A stretch of DNA of 64,000 nucleotides from Chiloscyllium plagiosum. Its lineage: Eukaryota. Below are positions 37,115 to 49,839 of the stretch, in pieces. Each line of letters starts with the position of its first letter. Position 1 is the first letter of the stretch. The stretch lies in the NCBI RefSeq assembly GCF_004010195.1, contig NC_057718.1:75213859-75277858 (forward strand). The letters are read 5' to 3'. The translations under genes were made by a program, and so were the position numbers. Below the pieces are notes generated by a model, which saw only the letters and a list, made by a program, of their open reading frames with translations, did not search any database and had not been told where the DNA came from.

Positions 37115-38925
37115 GGAGAAAGTGAGGACTGCAGATGCTGACGTACCAGAGTTGAAAAATGTGGTGCTGGAAAAACACAGCAGGCCAGGCAGCATCTGAG
37201 GGGCAGAAGAATCGACGTTTCGGGCATAAGCCCTTCTTCAGGCTGGTGTGCCAAGCGGGCTGAGATAAAAGGTAGAGGGGAGGGAATTTGGGGGAGGGTT
37301 GCTGGGAATACGATAGGTGGAAGGAGGTGAGGGTGATAGGCCGGAGAGGGGGTGGGGGCGGAGANNNNNNNNNNNNNNNNNNNNNNNNNNNNNNNNNNNN
37401 NNNNNNNNNNNNNNNNNNNNNNNNNNNNNNNNNNNNNNNNNNNNNNNNNNNNNNNNNNNNNNNNNNNNNNNNNNNNNNNNNNNNNNNNNNNNNNNNNNNN
37501 NNNNNNNNNNNNNNNNNNNNNNCAGGTGAATTTGCGACGGATATAGAAGGATCCATTGGGGCCTTGGAGGGAGGTGAGGGGGGAGGTGTAGGCGCAAGTT
37601 TTGCACTTTTTGCGGTTGCAGGGGAAGGTGCCAGGAGTGGAGGTTGGGTTGGTGGGGGGTGTGGACCTGACGAGGGAGTCACGGAGGGAGTGGTCTCTCC
37701 TGAATGCTGATAGGTGTGGAGAGGGAAATATATCGCTGGTGGTGGGGTCTGTCTGGAGGTGGTGGAAATGACGGGGGATGATACGATGTATCCGGAGGTT
37801 GGTGGGGTGGAAGGTGAGGACCAGTGGGGTTCTGTCCTGGTGGCGATTGGAGGTGCGGGGTTCAAGGGCAGAAGTGCGGGAAGTGGAGGAGATGCAGTAG
37901 AGAGTGTCGTCAACCACGTCGGATGGGAAATTGCGGTCTTTGAAGAAGGCCATTTGAGTTGTTTGGTAGTGGAATTAGTCCTCCTGGGAACAGATGCGGC
38001 AGAGGCGGAGGAATTGAGAATATGGGATGGCATTTTTACAGGGGGCAGGGTGGGAGGAGGTGTAATCTAGGTTGCTGTGGGAGTCGTTCGGTTTGTAGTA
38101 AATGTCTATGTTGAGTTGGTCACCCGAGGTAGAAATGGAGAGGTCTAGGAAGGGGAGGGAGGCGTCTGAGACGGTCCAGGTAAATTTGAGGATGGGGTGG
38201 AAGGTGTCAGTAAAGTGAACTGTTCAACCTCCTCGTGGGAGCATGAGGTAGTACCAATACAATCATTGATGTAGTGGAGGAAAAGGTGGGGGGGTGGTGC
38301 CAGTGTAGCTGTGGAAGATGGACTGTTCCACATATCCGATGAAGAGGCAGGCATAGCTGGGGCCCATGCGGGTGCCCATGGCTACTCCTTTGGTTTGGAG
38401 GAAGTGGGAGGATTGGAAGGAGAAGTTGTAAAGAGTAAGGACAAGTTCAGTCAGTCGAAGAAGGGTGTCAGTGGAAGGGTACTGGTTGGGCCAGTGGGAG
38501 AGGAAGAAGCAGAGGGCTTGGAGGCCTTTGTGATGGGGGATGGAAGTGTATAGGGACTGGAGGTCCATCGTGAAGATAAGGCGTTGGGGGCCGGGGAAGC
38601 GAAAATCATGGAAGAGGTGGAGGGCGTGGGTGGTGTCCCGAATGTAGGTGAGGAGTTCTTGGACTAAGGGGGGACAGGACCATGTCGAGGTATGCAGAGA
38701 TGAGTTCGGTGGGGCAGGAGCAGGCTGAGACAATGCGTCGGCCGGGGCAGTCAGGTTTGTGGATTTTGGGCAGGAGGTAGAAACGGGCGGTGCGGGGTTG
38801 TGGGACTATGAGGTTGGAGGCAGTGGATGGGAGATCCCCTGAGGTGATGAGGTTCTGGATGGTCTGGGAGATGATGGTTTGGTGGTGTGAGGTGGGGTCA
38901 TGGTCAAGGGGGCAGTAGGAGGAGA
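37115..38925 (-). mobile_element. Penelope-like element (Neptune type): RT, Cys linker and pLTR, 5'-truncated and frameshifted
   Basis: FYLLPKIHKPDCPGRRIVS, FTMDLQSLYTSIPH, QTKGVAMGTRMGPSYACLF, HYIND (decayed RYIDD) and linker FPCNRKKCKTC. The endonuclease falls in the gap 37365-37522. pLTR at 37115-37245. Confidence 0.93.
37214..37241 (-). ncRNA. Minimal hammerhead ribozyme motif, intact core (family A)
   Basis: Minus strand CUGAAGA-A-GGGC uuau GCCC-GAAAC-GUC, on the PLE sense strand. Confidence 0.75.
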
Positions 38926-39029
38926 GTATTTGTGCGTGCGAGAGAGAAAGTGTACATGTGTGTTTCAGCACAAAATCATGGGCCGAAGGACCTGTTTTTG
39001 TGCTGCACTGTTCTACATTCTAAAGCAGA

Positions 39030-40010
39030 GAGTGTTAAAAGGGTAGGGAAGAGAAATGCTGAAAATTATAAGCTTTTCAAGAGAAACTGTTTCCATTGGC
39101 AAAAGAGTCAGTTACCAGTGGACGCCAGTTTAACATAATTTACAAAAAATACACAGTGCGGGGGAGATGAAAAGAAGGTTTTTCATGTTGTTAGTTGTTA
39201 TAATTTAAAATGGGCTTTAGAGGCAGGTTCAATAGTAATTTTCAAAAGGAAATTGGATGTTTTTCTGAAGAAAGACCAAGTTACATGTCTGTGGACAAAG
39301 AGCAAAAGGTGAGACTAATTGGATAACTGAGCTGGCACAAATTCAATTTCATCCAATGTCCTCCTTCATGACTAGATAATTCTATGATTCAGCTATAATG
39401 AACAAGTTAAATATACACATCCACAATAATAAAATTTCACAATTTTAAAATAGAAACTCTTACATATAAACAAGCACCCAAATTAAGAGCAGGAGTAGGC
39501 CATTAGCTCTCCACCACCACCACTGCTCAATCTTTTGATAAGATTGTAGCTGATCAGTTTGTGGCCTCAACTCTATTTTGCTGTCTACTCATAACACTCA
39601 GACTCCTGAGTGACAAGGGATTCAACCTAACTCAATGTTAAATATATTTAATGTACCAGTCTCCAATGATCTCTGGGAGTGAATTAACAAATTTATGATC
39701 CTCTGAGAGAGGAAAAAGAACTTCTCTTCACCTCTGTCTTCAAAGGGAAATTTATTTTACACAGCATACCCTATTTCTAGCCCCTCCTATAGTGGAAACA
39801 TTCTCTCCGTATCCACATTGTTCAGTCCCCTCAAGGTCTTGTACATTTCAATAAGATTATCTCTTATCCCTTTAAACTTCAATGGATACTGTCCCAACCT
39901 GTCCAACCTTTCCTCATAACTCCTTCAGTAATCAGTTGAGTAATCCTTTTCTAAACTACTTCTGTTGGAATTATATCCTTTAAATAAGGAGACTAAAACT
40001 ATGCTGTGCC
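39030..40010. mobile_element. Two old CR1-group LINE 3' fragments (+ 39030-39390; - 39480-40010)
   Basis: Decayed LIEMYKTL.GL and LDRLG motifs and CR1-type 3' UTR ends. Confidence 0.6.
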
Positions 40011-40269
40011 TTGTTACCTTTTCTTCTTTTTTGTCTTTGTTTGCTGCTTTTTCTTCCACTTGTATACTCTGTACCTTCCTGTGATCTGGACAAGTTGAGT
40101 ACGTGAGCAAACTCATGGCAGATGTAGTACAATGTGGAAACAGAGACCAGAGCAAGAGAAAGAAACTTAAGCAAACAATGGTTGATGGTTCACTAGGGAA
40201 GGAAAATAACTGATAATGGAAATAATGAGTAAGTGAAAGTAAGCTGTGTTAAAAGCATACCATGTCACA

Positions 40270-41965
40270 ACAGAGGCTGGGGTGTGAGGTTAGGTAACAG
40301 ACATGAAAGAATATGTTCAGGCTTTAAAATGATTGAATTCAATGCTAAGTCCTGAAAGCTGCAGGGTCCCCAAGCAGACATGCTGACATGAGAGGGAAGA
40401 GAAACATATGTCTGGTGATAGCATCCCACTGAATGTAACAGATAATGGCGGCTTATGATCCTTTGGATGTTAATGCTGGTGGGGTGGAAAGTGAGGACCA
40501 GGGAATGCCGTGGGAGGGAAGAGAAGGAAGAGAGCAGAAATGCTGGAAATAGGTAGGACATAGCTGAGGGTTGTTACAACCACAGCGGCAGGAAATCTTC
40601 AGTTGAGGAAAAAGATCGATATTTTCCTTTCAGGAAAAGTGGCATCATGAGAACAGATATGGTGGAGACAGAGGAACTGAGACAATTTGATCGAGTCCTT
40701 CCAGAAAGCAAGATGTCGGGGTAACTGTGACAGTCGTAGAATCCCTATGGTATGGAAACAAGCCATTAGGTCCAACCAGTCCACACCAACCCTCTGAAGA
40801 GTAACCCACCAGACCCAATTCCCTACATTTACCCCTTATAAATGAACTTAACCGATACATCCATGAACTCTATAGGCAATTTAGCATGGTTAATTCACCT
40901 AACCTGCACATCTTTGGATTGTGGGAGGAAACCCATGCAGATAGAGGGAGAATGTGCAAACTCCACACAGACAGTGACATGAGGCTGGAATTACACCCAG
41001 GTCCCTGGTGCTGTGAGGCAGCAGTGCTAACAATTGAGTCATTGTGCCACTGGTAAGTTTGCAGTGGATTTTGCTAGCAGTCTATCTCCAGAAATGGAAA
41101 TAGAGATTTTGAGGAAGGGAAGGGAGAAAATAGACCAAGTGAAAGGGACAGCAAGGAAGAAATTGGAGTCAAAATTTGTAAATCTTTCCAATTCTGTATG
41201 GGGAAGTGAAGCAGCACTTATGATGTATTGGAAAATGAATTGTGGAGAAGATCGGATTAGGACTGGAACGACGAACCTCCCAAACAAAGAGACCGGCCCC
41301 AGGTGGTTACCCTCGCTATACCTTTGATCTGAGGAAATTAAAGGAGATAAAGGAAAAAATGTTCAAAGTGAGGATGAGCTCAGCCAGGCAAAGGAAGGTG
41401 GTAATCAGCGGCAATGGATCAGAGCGTTTTTCCAGGAAGAAGTGGGAAGCCTGAAGACTATCTAGTGGGGGAATGGATGTGTAAAGGGATTGTACATCCA
41501 TGGTAAAGAGGAGGCAGATGTTGCCCACAAACTGGAAATTTTGAAACTAATGTAAAGCGACAAAAGAATTGCGATATAAATGGGAAGGCACTGGACAAGG
41601 GATGAAAAAAATTAACTCAAGGTAGGAAGTGATCAGTTCTGTGGAGTTGAAATGGGCAGAAACAATTGGTCTACCCAGGTAGCCCTGTTTATGAATTTTG
41701 GGAAGAAGGTAGAAATGGCTGTACGGAGCCAGGGAGAGTGGGGCAGAATCACCTGATAATCAGATAAAATGAGATTAGTGGCTGCTATGGGCACAATAAC
41801 CTAGGTTTGATGGTAGTGTCATGGTTCATGGAGAATTAGGAAGTGGTATCCCAGAAATCGCATTCAGCCTCCACAACATATAAGTTAATATGCAGAAAAT
41901 AACAGTTTTACAACAGTCAGTAGGCTTGTTTACACAGTTAGGGTTGGATCCAAGGATATGGAGTG
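40270..41965 (-). mobile_element. Older Penelope-like RT fragment interrupted by a SINE
   Basis: LFTMDVQSLYTSIP (ORF 41316-41528), LVLTFHPTSINIQRII (ORF 40265-40561) and FYLLPKIHKQ near 41690-41715. Confidence 0.85.
40737..41049 (-). mobile_element. HE1-type V-SINE
   Basis: Reverse complement of an HE1 head, core and tail. Confidence 0.9.
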
Positions 41966-41974
41966 CTTCCCTTT

Positions 41975-42572
41975 TAACTTGCTGATTTTGTACAAGGCAC
42001 TAGTTAGACCACAGCTGGAATACTGTGAACAGATTTGGTCTCTTTAGTTATAGAAAGATATACTGACATTGGAAGCAATTTAGTGAAGGCACATTAGGTT
42101 GATTCCAGGTATGGAGGGGTTTTCTTTTGAGGTGGGGATGAGTAGATTGGGCTTAAACTCATTGAGGTTTAGGAGAATAAAAGGACACCTTATTGAAACA
42201 TGGTAAGATTCTTAGAAGACTTGACAGGGTAGATATGGAAAAGTCATTTTCCTCTGACAGACAGTCTTGGACCAGGGGGCATAATTTCAGAATAAGTAGC
42301 CACATATTTAAATCAGAGATTAAAAGAAATATCCTCTCTCTGAGGGTGGTGAATCTGTGATATTCTTTACCACACAGGGCTCTTGGGGCTGTGTCATTGA
42401 GTATATTCAAGGCTAGATAGTTTGTAATCAGTAAGGGAATCAACAATTATTGGGATAAGACAAGCAAGTGGAGTTGAGGCTTATGAGATCAGCCATGATC
42501 TCATGAAATGGCACAGCAGACTCAATGGGCTGAAAGTCAACCTCTGCTTCTATATCTAAAGGTCTCATGGTC
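41975..42572 (+). mobile_element. CR1-group LINE 3' fragment
   Basis: LYKALVRPQLEYCEQIW motif and a CR1 3' UTR. Confidence 0.8.
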
Positions 42573-43417
42573 TTTTAGCCCAGAGGCCTTTTTGCAGTTT
42601 CCTCATAACTCACAATCCCACTTAGTTTTTTTTGTCGTCAGCAACTTTGGAAGTATTATATTTGGTTCCTTCACCTAAGCCATTTATATATGTACCAAGA
42701 ATAATCGGGACCCAAGCACGGATTCCTGTGGTACACCTCTAGTCACCACCTGCCACCCAGAAAAAGACTCATTTATTCCCACACCCTGTTTCCAGTCTGT
42801 CAACTAATCTCAACTCTCATGTGCTTTAATTTTTTTCATTAGTCTCTGATGTGAGACTTTGTCAAAATCCTCCTTAACAATCTCTCAACTCAACAACAAT
42901 TCCACAGTGAAACAGGCTACTAATCAAAATAGTTACATCTCCAAAACCCATTACCAGATTTTTTTCTATTCAAACGTTTTAATTGCCAAAGCAGGTCATG
43001 CCTGATTTACCTTGTGTTATCTTTATAAGTGCTGGTAGAATACTAATTACTTTTTAATGCTGACACAACTAAAGTAGAATCAATAATCACAGGTATACTG
43101 CCGCAATTTTCTTCTGAGGTAATAGCACCAATCCTCTGCTAAAGTAAAGTATTTTGATTTCTTCAGGGATGGGTTCCTGGATGTCAATACATGACCACTG
43201 CGTATTTCTAGTGCTGCTTGACTTCCCTGGCATCCAGTTGTACCCTAAAGTTTACAACCAGGCCAATTCCAAAAGAATCCCTTTCTCTCCTTGATGCTGT
43301 TATATTTCTCAGTTTCAAATATTTTCCCAACTTTTCTTGAAAGGGTATCTGGGTTTCTGCCTCAGTCATGTTCCAATAATCCTCCAAGTAAAATGATTTC
43401 TCCTTATTCTGTCTTTT

Positions 43418-43830
43418 CATAGAACATAGCACAGTACAGCACAGTACAGGCTCTTCGGCCCACAATTTTGTGCCAAATACTTGTCTTAATCTCAGATCAA
43501 CCTAACCTACATACCCCTCAACTTTACTGCCTTCCATGTGCTTGTCCAGCAGTTGTTTAAATGTCTCTAATGTCTCTGACTCTACTACCACTGCTGGCAG
43601 TGCATTCCACACTCGCATCATTCTCTGTGTAAAGAACCTACCTCTGATATCTCCTTTATACCTTCCTCCAATCACCTTAAAATTATGACTCCTCATGACA
43701 GCCATTTCTGCCCTGGGGAAAAATCTCTGGCTATCTACTCCATCCATGCTTCTCATTACCTTGTACACCTCTATCAAGTCACCTCTCTTCCTTATTCTCT
43801 CCAGTGTAAAAAGCCCAGGTTCACACAACC
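43418..43830 (-). mobile_element. CR1-group LINE 3' end
   Basis: ORF 43502-43828 (GLFTLERIRKRGDLIEVYKVMR). Same subfamily as 19797-20440. Confidence 0.9.
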
Positions 43831-44682
43831 TCTGATCCTCCCTTCATGAGACAAGCCCCCCCCAATCCAAGCAGCATCCTTTCTTTGTCAGGTCTTTAAA
43901 TTGATAACCCCCTTGGTATCAGATCAACAAAGAAAGGAAATAAGTTGTCACTCTTCAAAATACTTCTAAATCTAAATGAAATGCTATTCAACCTCCTCCT
44001 TGCCATCATGATAATGTCTCAGAATGGCTGAAGGATATCCTTCTGGGAAAGACTAAACAGTCAGAAGTCATGATCCACACTGGTACTAATGACACAGGTA
44101 GGAAGCAGTTGGAATTTTGGGAACTAGAAAGAAAATTAGCAAACAGGATCGCAAAAGTAATAGCCTCCAGATTACTCCCAGTGCCACATGCAACTAAGTG
44201 CAGAAGTAGGAAGTTAAGAAATATGTGGCTGGAAAAATGGTGCTAGTGGGAGGAAATTAGATTCCTTGGATACTGACACATGTTTGAGAGAAAACACACT
44301 TTTACAAAGTAGATAAGTTGCACCTGAACTGAGCTGGGATTGAGTTCCTTGTGGGCACTTTGCCAGTGCTATTCAGAAGGGCTAAGCCAGGATGCATGAA
44401 ATGCTGAGAGAGGCATATAAGTTGAGATCAGAGTAAGGGAGAAAGTAATGAAATCTGAATCAGGGTTGCACTGCATGTATGTGAACAAATATAATTAATA
44501 AGACAGGGGAGTTACAGGCGCAAGATTGCCTTGTGAAATTATGATGCTGTGGAAATAACAAAGATCTGGCTTAAGGAAAGGCAGATTTGGATGTTAAATA
44601 TTTCTGGCTACATGGTGATCAGAAAAGACAGAAAAGAGAAACAAAGAGGAGGGACAACATTTCTTTGGCTAAGGAAAGTGAT

Positions 44683-45270
44683 TGTAATGATTTCAGCCAG
44701 GTGGACCTCATAGAATTTGAGTTCCCTGATTGGAACTGTTAATCTGGTCCAATCAGGAAGCTCTGGCTGACAGGTAAGAATAGGAGTGTTCTCACACGTA
44801 TACACACACCCCATGGGTGCTTTAAAAAAAATTAAATAGGGATTAGCCTTTGAAATGAAGGGCAGTAGAAAAAAAAATAAAAAAATAAAAAATAAAGTGC
44901 TATACCCTTTGATTTGAAGGGCAGTGTTTGTCACTGGCCACCCGGGTGTTTTCCTATCTTCCTGGTGGTGGAATTTGAATAAAGATTCGTGCACTTTGTG
45001 TCTTTCACTGTGTCCCACACCTGCACACACACACCATGGGTGCTGGGGAAAAAAAATAATAAGCACTACCGCACTTAGGTGGTAGTGTGGGGGTTAAAAA
45101 AAAAGAAGAAAAAGAAGAATAGGAGTGTTCTGATAAAAAGTACAGGGTGTCAGATATCCTGGTCACTCTGAGTGCTGGCTCTGAGGGAGTTGGATCAGTG
45201 TTAAGGACAATGCATGTGTTAATAAAAGGTGACTTTGTGACAGGATATCAGCCTCTGTGGAGTTATTTCA
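44683..45270 (+). mobile_element. Solo LTR-like element
   Basis: Begins tgtaatga, ends ttatttca, with internal ctgattgg/ccaatcag and aataaa at 45221. It interrupts the LINE. TSD not clear. Confidence 0.65.
44793..45114 (+). mobile_element. A-tailed retroposon 3' end (L1/Tx1-like) inserted in the LTR
   Basis: Exact 17-bp TSD aagaataggagtgttct (44776-44792 / 45115-45131) and an A-rich tail. Confidence 0.75.
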
Positions 45271-45952
45271 GAGAGCATTGCAGTACTGGAGAAAAAAGGG
45301 ATGCTTCAAGTGTTCAAGGACAAAATCAATTTAGCTGGATTGAGGGAATAAGATAGGTACAATTTCATTGCTCAATGTAATACACAGACAGCAGCTGATG
45401 GGAAAGCTGTAAAAGGAATAGATTTGCCTGAAATTACAGAGCTATGTAAACATCATAGAATAGTTCCAATGGAGTATTTTAATTAAATGTAAATTGATTG
45501 GTTAGTGGTGGTGTCAGTGGTAATGAGTGACAAGTGTTCTCCAATAGTGTTTAGAACAATTTTCCACAACAATGACTGTACTAGCCAGCAAGAAAGGGGG
45601 CTGCTACTTTTGGTCCTTGGGAATGAGGTGGGTCAAATAGATCAAGTTACAGTGGGGAAACATTTATGAGGCAGTGATTATTGTATTATAAGGTTTGAGA
45701 TTATGGTAAAAATGGCATTGGTCAATCCAGAGTAAAAACAATCAACTGCTGGAGAAGTGACTTCAATGGAGCATGTCCAGAGTCAGGCTGGAATCAAAGA
45801 TGGGGCAGGAAAAGCAAAAACACTTGAACAATGAACTAGCTTCAAAGTTGTTATGGTTTGGACACAGTCAATATATATTCCCTCAACAAGGAAAGGCAGG
45901 ACAAACAAATCCAGAGCTCCCTGAATGATGAACAAAGTTAAAGAAGAAAACT

Positions 45953-46126
45953 AGATTAGATTCCCTAAAGTGTGGAAACAGGTCATTTAGCCCAACAAAT
46001 CCACACTGACACTCTGAAGAGTGACCCACCCAGACTAATTTCCTCTACACTTACCCCTGACTAATGCATCTAACACTATGGGCGATTTAGCATGGCCAAG
46101 TCACCTGATCTGCACATCTTTGGACA
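45953..46126 (-). mobile_element. 5'-truncated HE1-type SINE
   Basis: tagattagattccc tail and the 3' half of an HE1 body. Confidence 0.85.
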
Positions 46127-48189
46127 GCTAAGGTGTGCTTATGATAGATGTCAGTAGTAAGTACAGTTTGCTGAATTTAATAAGGTCCAGAAGAGAGGTG
46201 AATAAGCAAATATGAAAAGCAAGAAGGATTGTGAGAAATTACTGACAGTTAACACAAAAGGAAATCTCAAAATCTTCTATGAGCATATCCACAGTTAAAG
46301 GGTGCTAACAGGTAGTGCGCGGGTGATTTGGGACTTAAAGGGGATTTTAATCTTCAAGGCAAAGACAGGAGTGAGGTGTTAAATGAATACTTTGCATTTG
46401 ACTTAGCCTACAAGGCAAATGCAGCCCAATCCATGGTAACTGAGGAGAAAGTACATTCACTTCGAAGCACTTAAAATTAAAATTGATTAGGAAATGGATA
46501 AGCTGTTGGTACATAAAGGTACCAGAACAAGATGAGATGCATCCAAAGATAGTGAAGAAATTAAGAGTGAACATTGCAGATGGCCTGTCAATAATCTTTC
46601 TTGGATTCAGGGATAGTGTTATAGGTTTGGAGAATTGCAAACATTATGCTCTTGTTCAAAAAAAAGATTTTAAAGATCAGCCCAGCAATGTGTTAGGAAC
46701 CTTACTTTTGCTGATATATATTTATAAGTGATCTCGATCTTGATGGATAGGGACATTTGCAGCCAACACAAAACTTGGGAAAACAATGTAGAACTTCAGA
46801 AGGACATTGACAAGTTAGTAGAATGGACAGGTCGGTGGCAGATGAATTTCAATGTGAAGAAGTGTGAGATGAAGCATTTTGATACAAGAACATGCAGAGT
46901 TACAAAAAACTAAAGGGTACCGTTCTAAAGGATTGCAGGAAATCTGGATATATATGTGTATAAGTCATTTAAGGTGGCAGGAAAGGTACAGAGTGTTTTT
47001 AATAAACCAGATATTGTTCTTGGCTTCATTAATAGGTTAATAGAATGCAAGAACAGGGGAAGTTATGATAAACTCATATAAGAAATTGGAGTATTGTATA
47101 CAGTTCTGGGTGTCACATAATAGGAAGGGTGTGAATGCATTCATAAGAGTGGAAAAGAGGTTTTGGGAATGGTTCCAGGGATGGGACACATCAGGACTGA
47201 GGAAAAATTAGACAAGTTGGGATGGTTTACCTTCAAAAGAAGAAAGCTGAGAAAAGATTTAATTTAAATTTGGCAAATTTGGTATTTAATGAGGCAAGAT
47301 ATGACCTTAACAAGAAAGTTTAATGATCAATAATGAACGTCAACTGCCAATTTGCTGCTGCCTAGCAAGAATCTCACCACGCGACTTGTGAAAAGCATAA
47401 AGGATAAAGAGTGATGATTTTGAAGCCAAGCTGTGCTGCACCCATCTTTGTCCAGTAATCCTTAGAGCTGCATTGGTATGTCAGCTTAAACTGCGTGCTA
47501 ATTTCTAGAGTGAATCTTACCCATCTCTCTAAAATATAATTGTAGCTTATGATGGACAGTGACATTGTCTTTGCTTGTGGATATTTCAGTAACCCAAAAC
47601 AACTACCCTCCTGCATGTACAATATTACTCGCTAGTGAGAGATACATATTTTTAAACATAAATATAAAACAACAGCAAGATTGAAGTGAACTGTCCCATC
47701 AAGATGTTGAGCTGTCTATGCCTACGAAAGGAAAATTAAATGAGGTATTCCGTTTAGTTTGAACATTTAATGCAAATGATCACATCATCTGTCAGAATCA
47801 GGCACTGGGGAGTTTTGATTGGGAATAGATTTAACAACAGGTTAATTGTAGCAATGTAGTTAATGTCTCATTGATCATTTACTCTCCAAACCAATTTATA
47901 TGTCATGCCTTTACAACCCAATTTACAATACCATTTCCTTCAATGTATCTCTGCTACAACAACCAAACCTGGACCCATTGTCCTATTCTTTTCTTGTAAC
48001 TATCATTTTTTCCTCTGCTCCCAATATTGATTCAGTTTGCCCTTTAGAGAAGGATAGTTTGTGTCTTGACCACTTTCTGTTGTCAAATATTTATCTGCCA
48101 TAGGTTTCTGACTGAAATTTGGGGGGAATGTCTTGAGCTCTGGTGCAAATTGGACTCAATATATATTGTGAAGCAGCATGATTAAAATA

Positions 48190-48505
48190 GTTTCTTGCTT
48201 TACAAAGATATTTTCACAACTTTATTTTGTTCCTAGGTACTTTACAACCAATGAAGTATTCTTGAAGTCCAGTCACATTTGTAATGTATGAAATGAAACA
48301 GCCAATTGCCCACAATAATCAGACCACCTGTTGCACTGATGTTGATGAGATAAATACTAGGGCGAATTTCATGTTTTTTTATTGTATAGTTAAATTGAAT
48401 TCAATTGAGAGGCCTAATGGGTAGTTGGTTTAATGTCTCATTTAAAAGACAACACCTATGACAGTGTGGTAATCCTTTAGTGCTGCACTGAATTATTAGC
48501 TGAGA
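48190..48505 (-). mobile_element. Degenerate SacSINE1/DeuSINE-like SINE
   Basis: ctttacaaccaatgaagtattcttgaagt..agtcac, cagccaatt, ggtttaatgtctcatttaaaagacaacacctatgacagtg, tgctgcactg. Confidence 0.7.
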
Positions 48506-48859
48506 ATGGATCTTGTATGACCATTTGAGCACTGGTTGACATTTTTTACAGTGACATGAGATGGGTCTTGTTGCCTCTCCTGTAACTAGATTTGTTAATG
48601 CTTGCCATTACAGTAACAAAGGCTGAATGAATTGCATAACATTTCTTCCTTAGATGTGTCAGTAGCAGACTAATAACTGTATTCTGCCAAGATTTGTATG
48701 AGTAGAACCACCTAAACCTGATGAAATGGTAGCCCTAATCATGAAAATTTTAAACTGGAAATAATCTTAAAAATGTGTCATGAAGATTTTAAGTGATGTG
48801 GTTGTGACTATTGCTGTCAGCACCTTGTTATTTTGTGGGATTGTTTGTGAGAATAAAGA

Positions 48860-49105
48860 TACTGGAAGGTACTAGAGCAACTCAGCAAATACGGCAGCCT
48901 CTGTTAAAAGAGAAACAGAGTTAATATTTCAAATCTTATATGACTCTTCTTCAGAAGTGAAGTTCTGTAGAAGTTTGAAAGAAGAGTCATACCAGACTCA
49001 AAGTTGGCATTGTTTCTCTCTACACAAATGCTGCCAATCCTGCTGAGTTTCTCCAGCATTCTTTGTGTTTGCTTCAGACTTCCAGCATCATCATTATTTG
49101 CTTTT
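48860..49105. mobile_element. Older PLE fold-back element, family C
   Basis: Imperfect inverted arms around ~48965 (tatgactcttcttc / gaaagaagagtcata; ctcagca / tgctgag) with a right-side tail. Confidence 0.7.
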
Positions 49106-49839
49106 GTAATAAATGTTGATTATATTGTGCTGGAAACAAATAGGGCAGAATCCTGTAGGGGTCTGAGCAATGTGGGCTACAGAGAGATGTGTGGCAGAGT
49201 AGGTTGACAAGTGCAATGAGGCCCTTCTTGATGTCAGGAACAAATTGTGCTATCTTTTATGCTTTTTACAAGTGCCATGAAGAGATTTTCACCAGGCAGC
49301 TGCAAGTTGCCACCTGACGGGGAATAATGCATATTAAGCACCTTGTTAAGAAACCATATCATCTTATTTAATATTTGGTTTCCCATGTTACCAAATTCAA
49401 CAAACAAGCTCAGCATCAGGAAAGCTCCACAAGAAAACCAGAACAAGCACTCAGCAGATTCGACTGACATGACATCCATTTTGACCACATGAACACTATG
49501 TCCACAGACATTGGCATCCAACATGTGCCAACTTCTAAGAACCCTCATGACACATCTCTGATTCACTGACAGGACATTTCTGCACTTCAGTGCTGCACCT
49601 TGGGCTGCATCAGCAACTATCAATACAATGCTGCCGCAAGGACACTGTGTAATCAGGGACATACACCCAGCTCATGGACTGAACTAGGTTGCAACTCTGA
49701 CTTTTAGCCTGCTTTCATAGCACTTACTCAGTCTGACCCTACCTGGACACGAATGCATCCTTCCTTTGCACTGCCACTTTGCTCTTTGGTCCCTCAGCCA
49801 GGCTTATTTTACCACGAGCTTGCCTGGCCATTTAGTTCA

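Larger units (their letters stand above)
44010..47290 (+). mobile_element. Old CR1-group LINE (ORF1 esterase to RT) hosting LTR and SINE insertions
   Basis: EVMIHTGTND (~44065-44095), endonuclease remnants, and LQKDIDKLVEWTGRWQMNFNVKKC (ORF 46728). Confidence 0.75.

Noticed and set aside
37083..38033. 316-aa and other long ORFs spanning the N run
   Set aside because: Their length is inflated by Ns, and the Pro/Ser-rich frames are alternative frames of the Penelope element.
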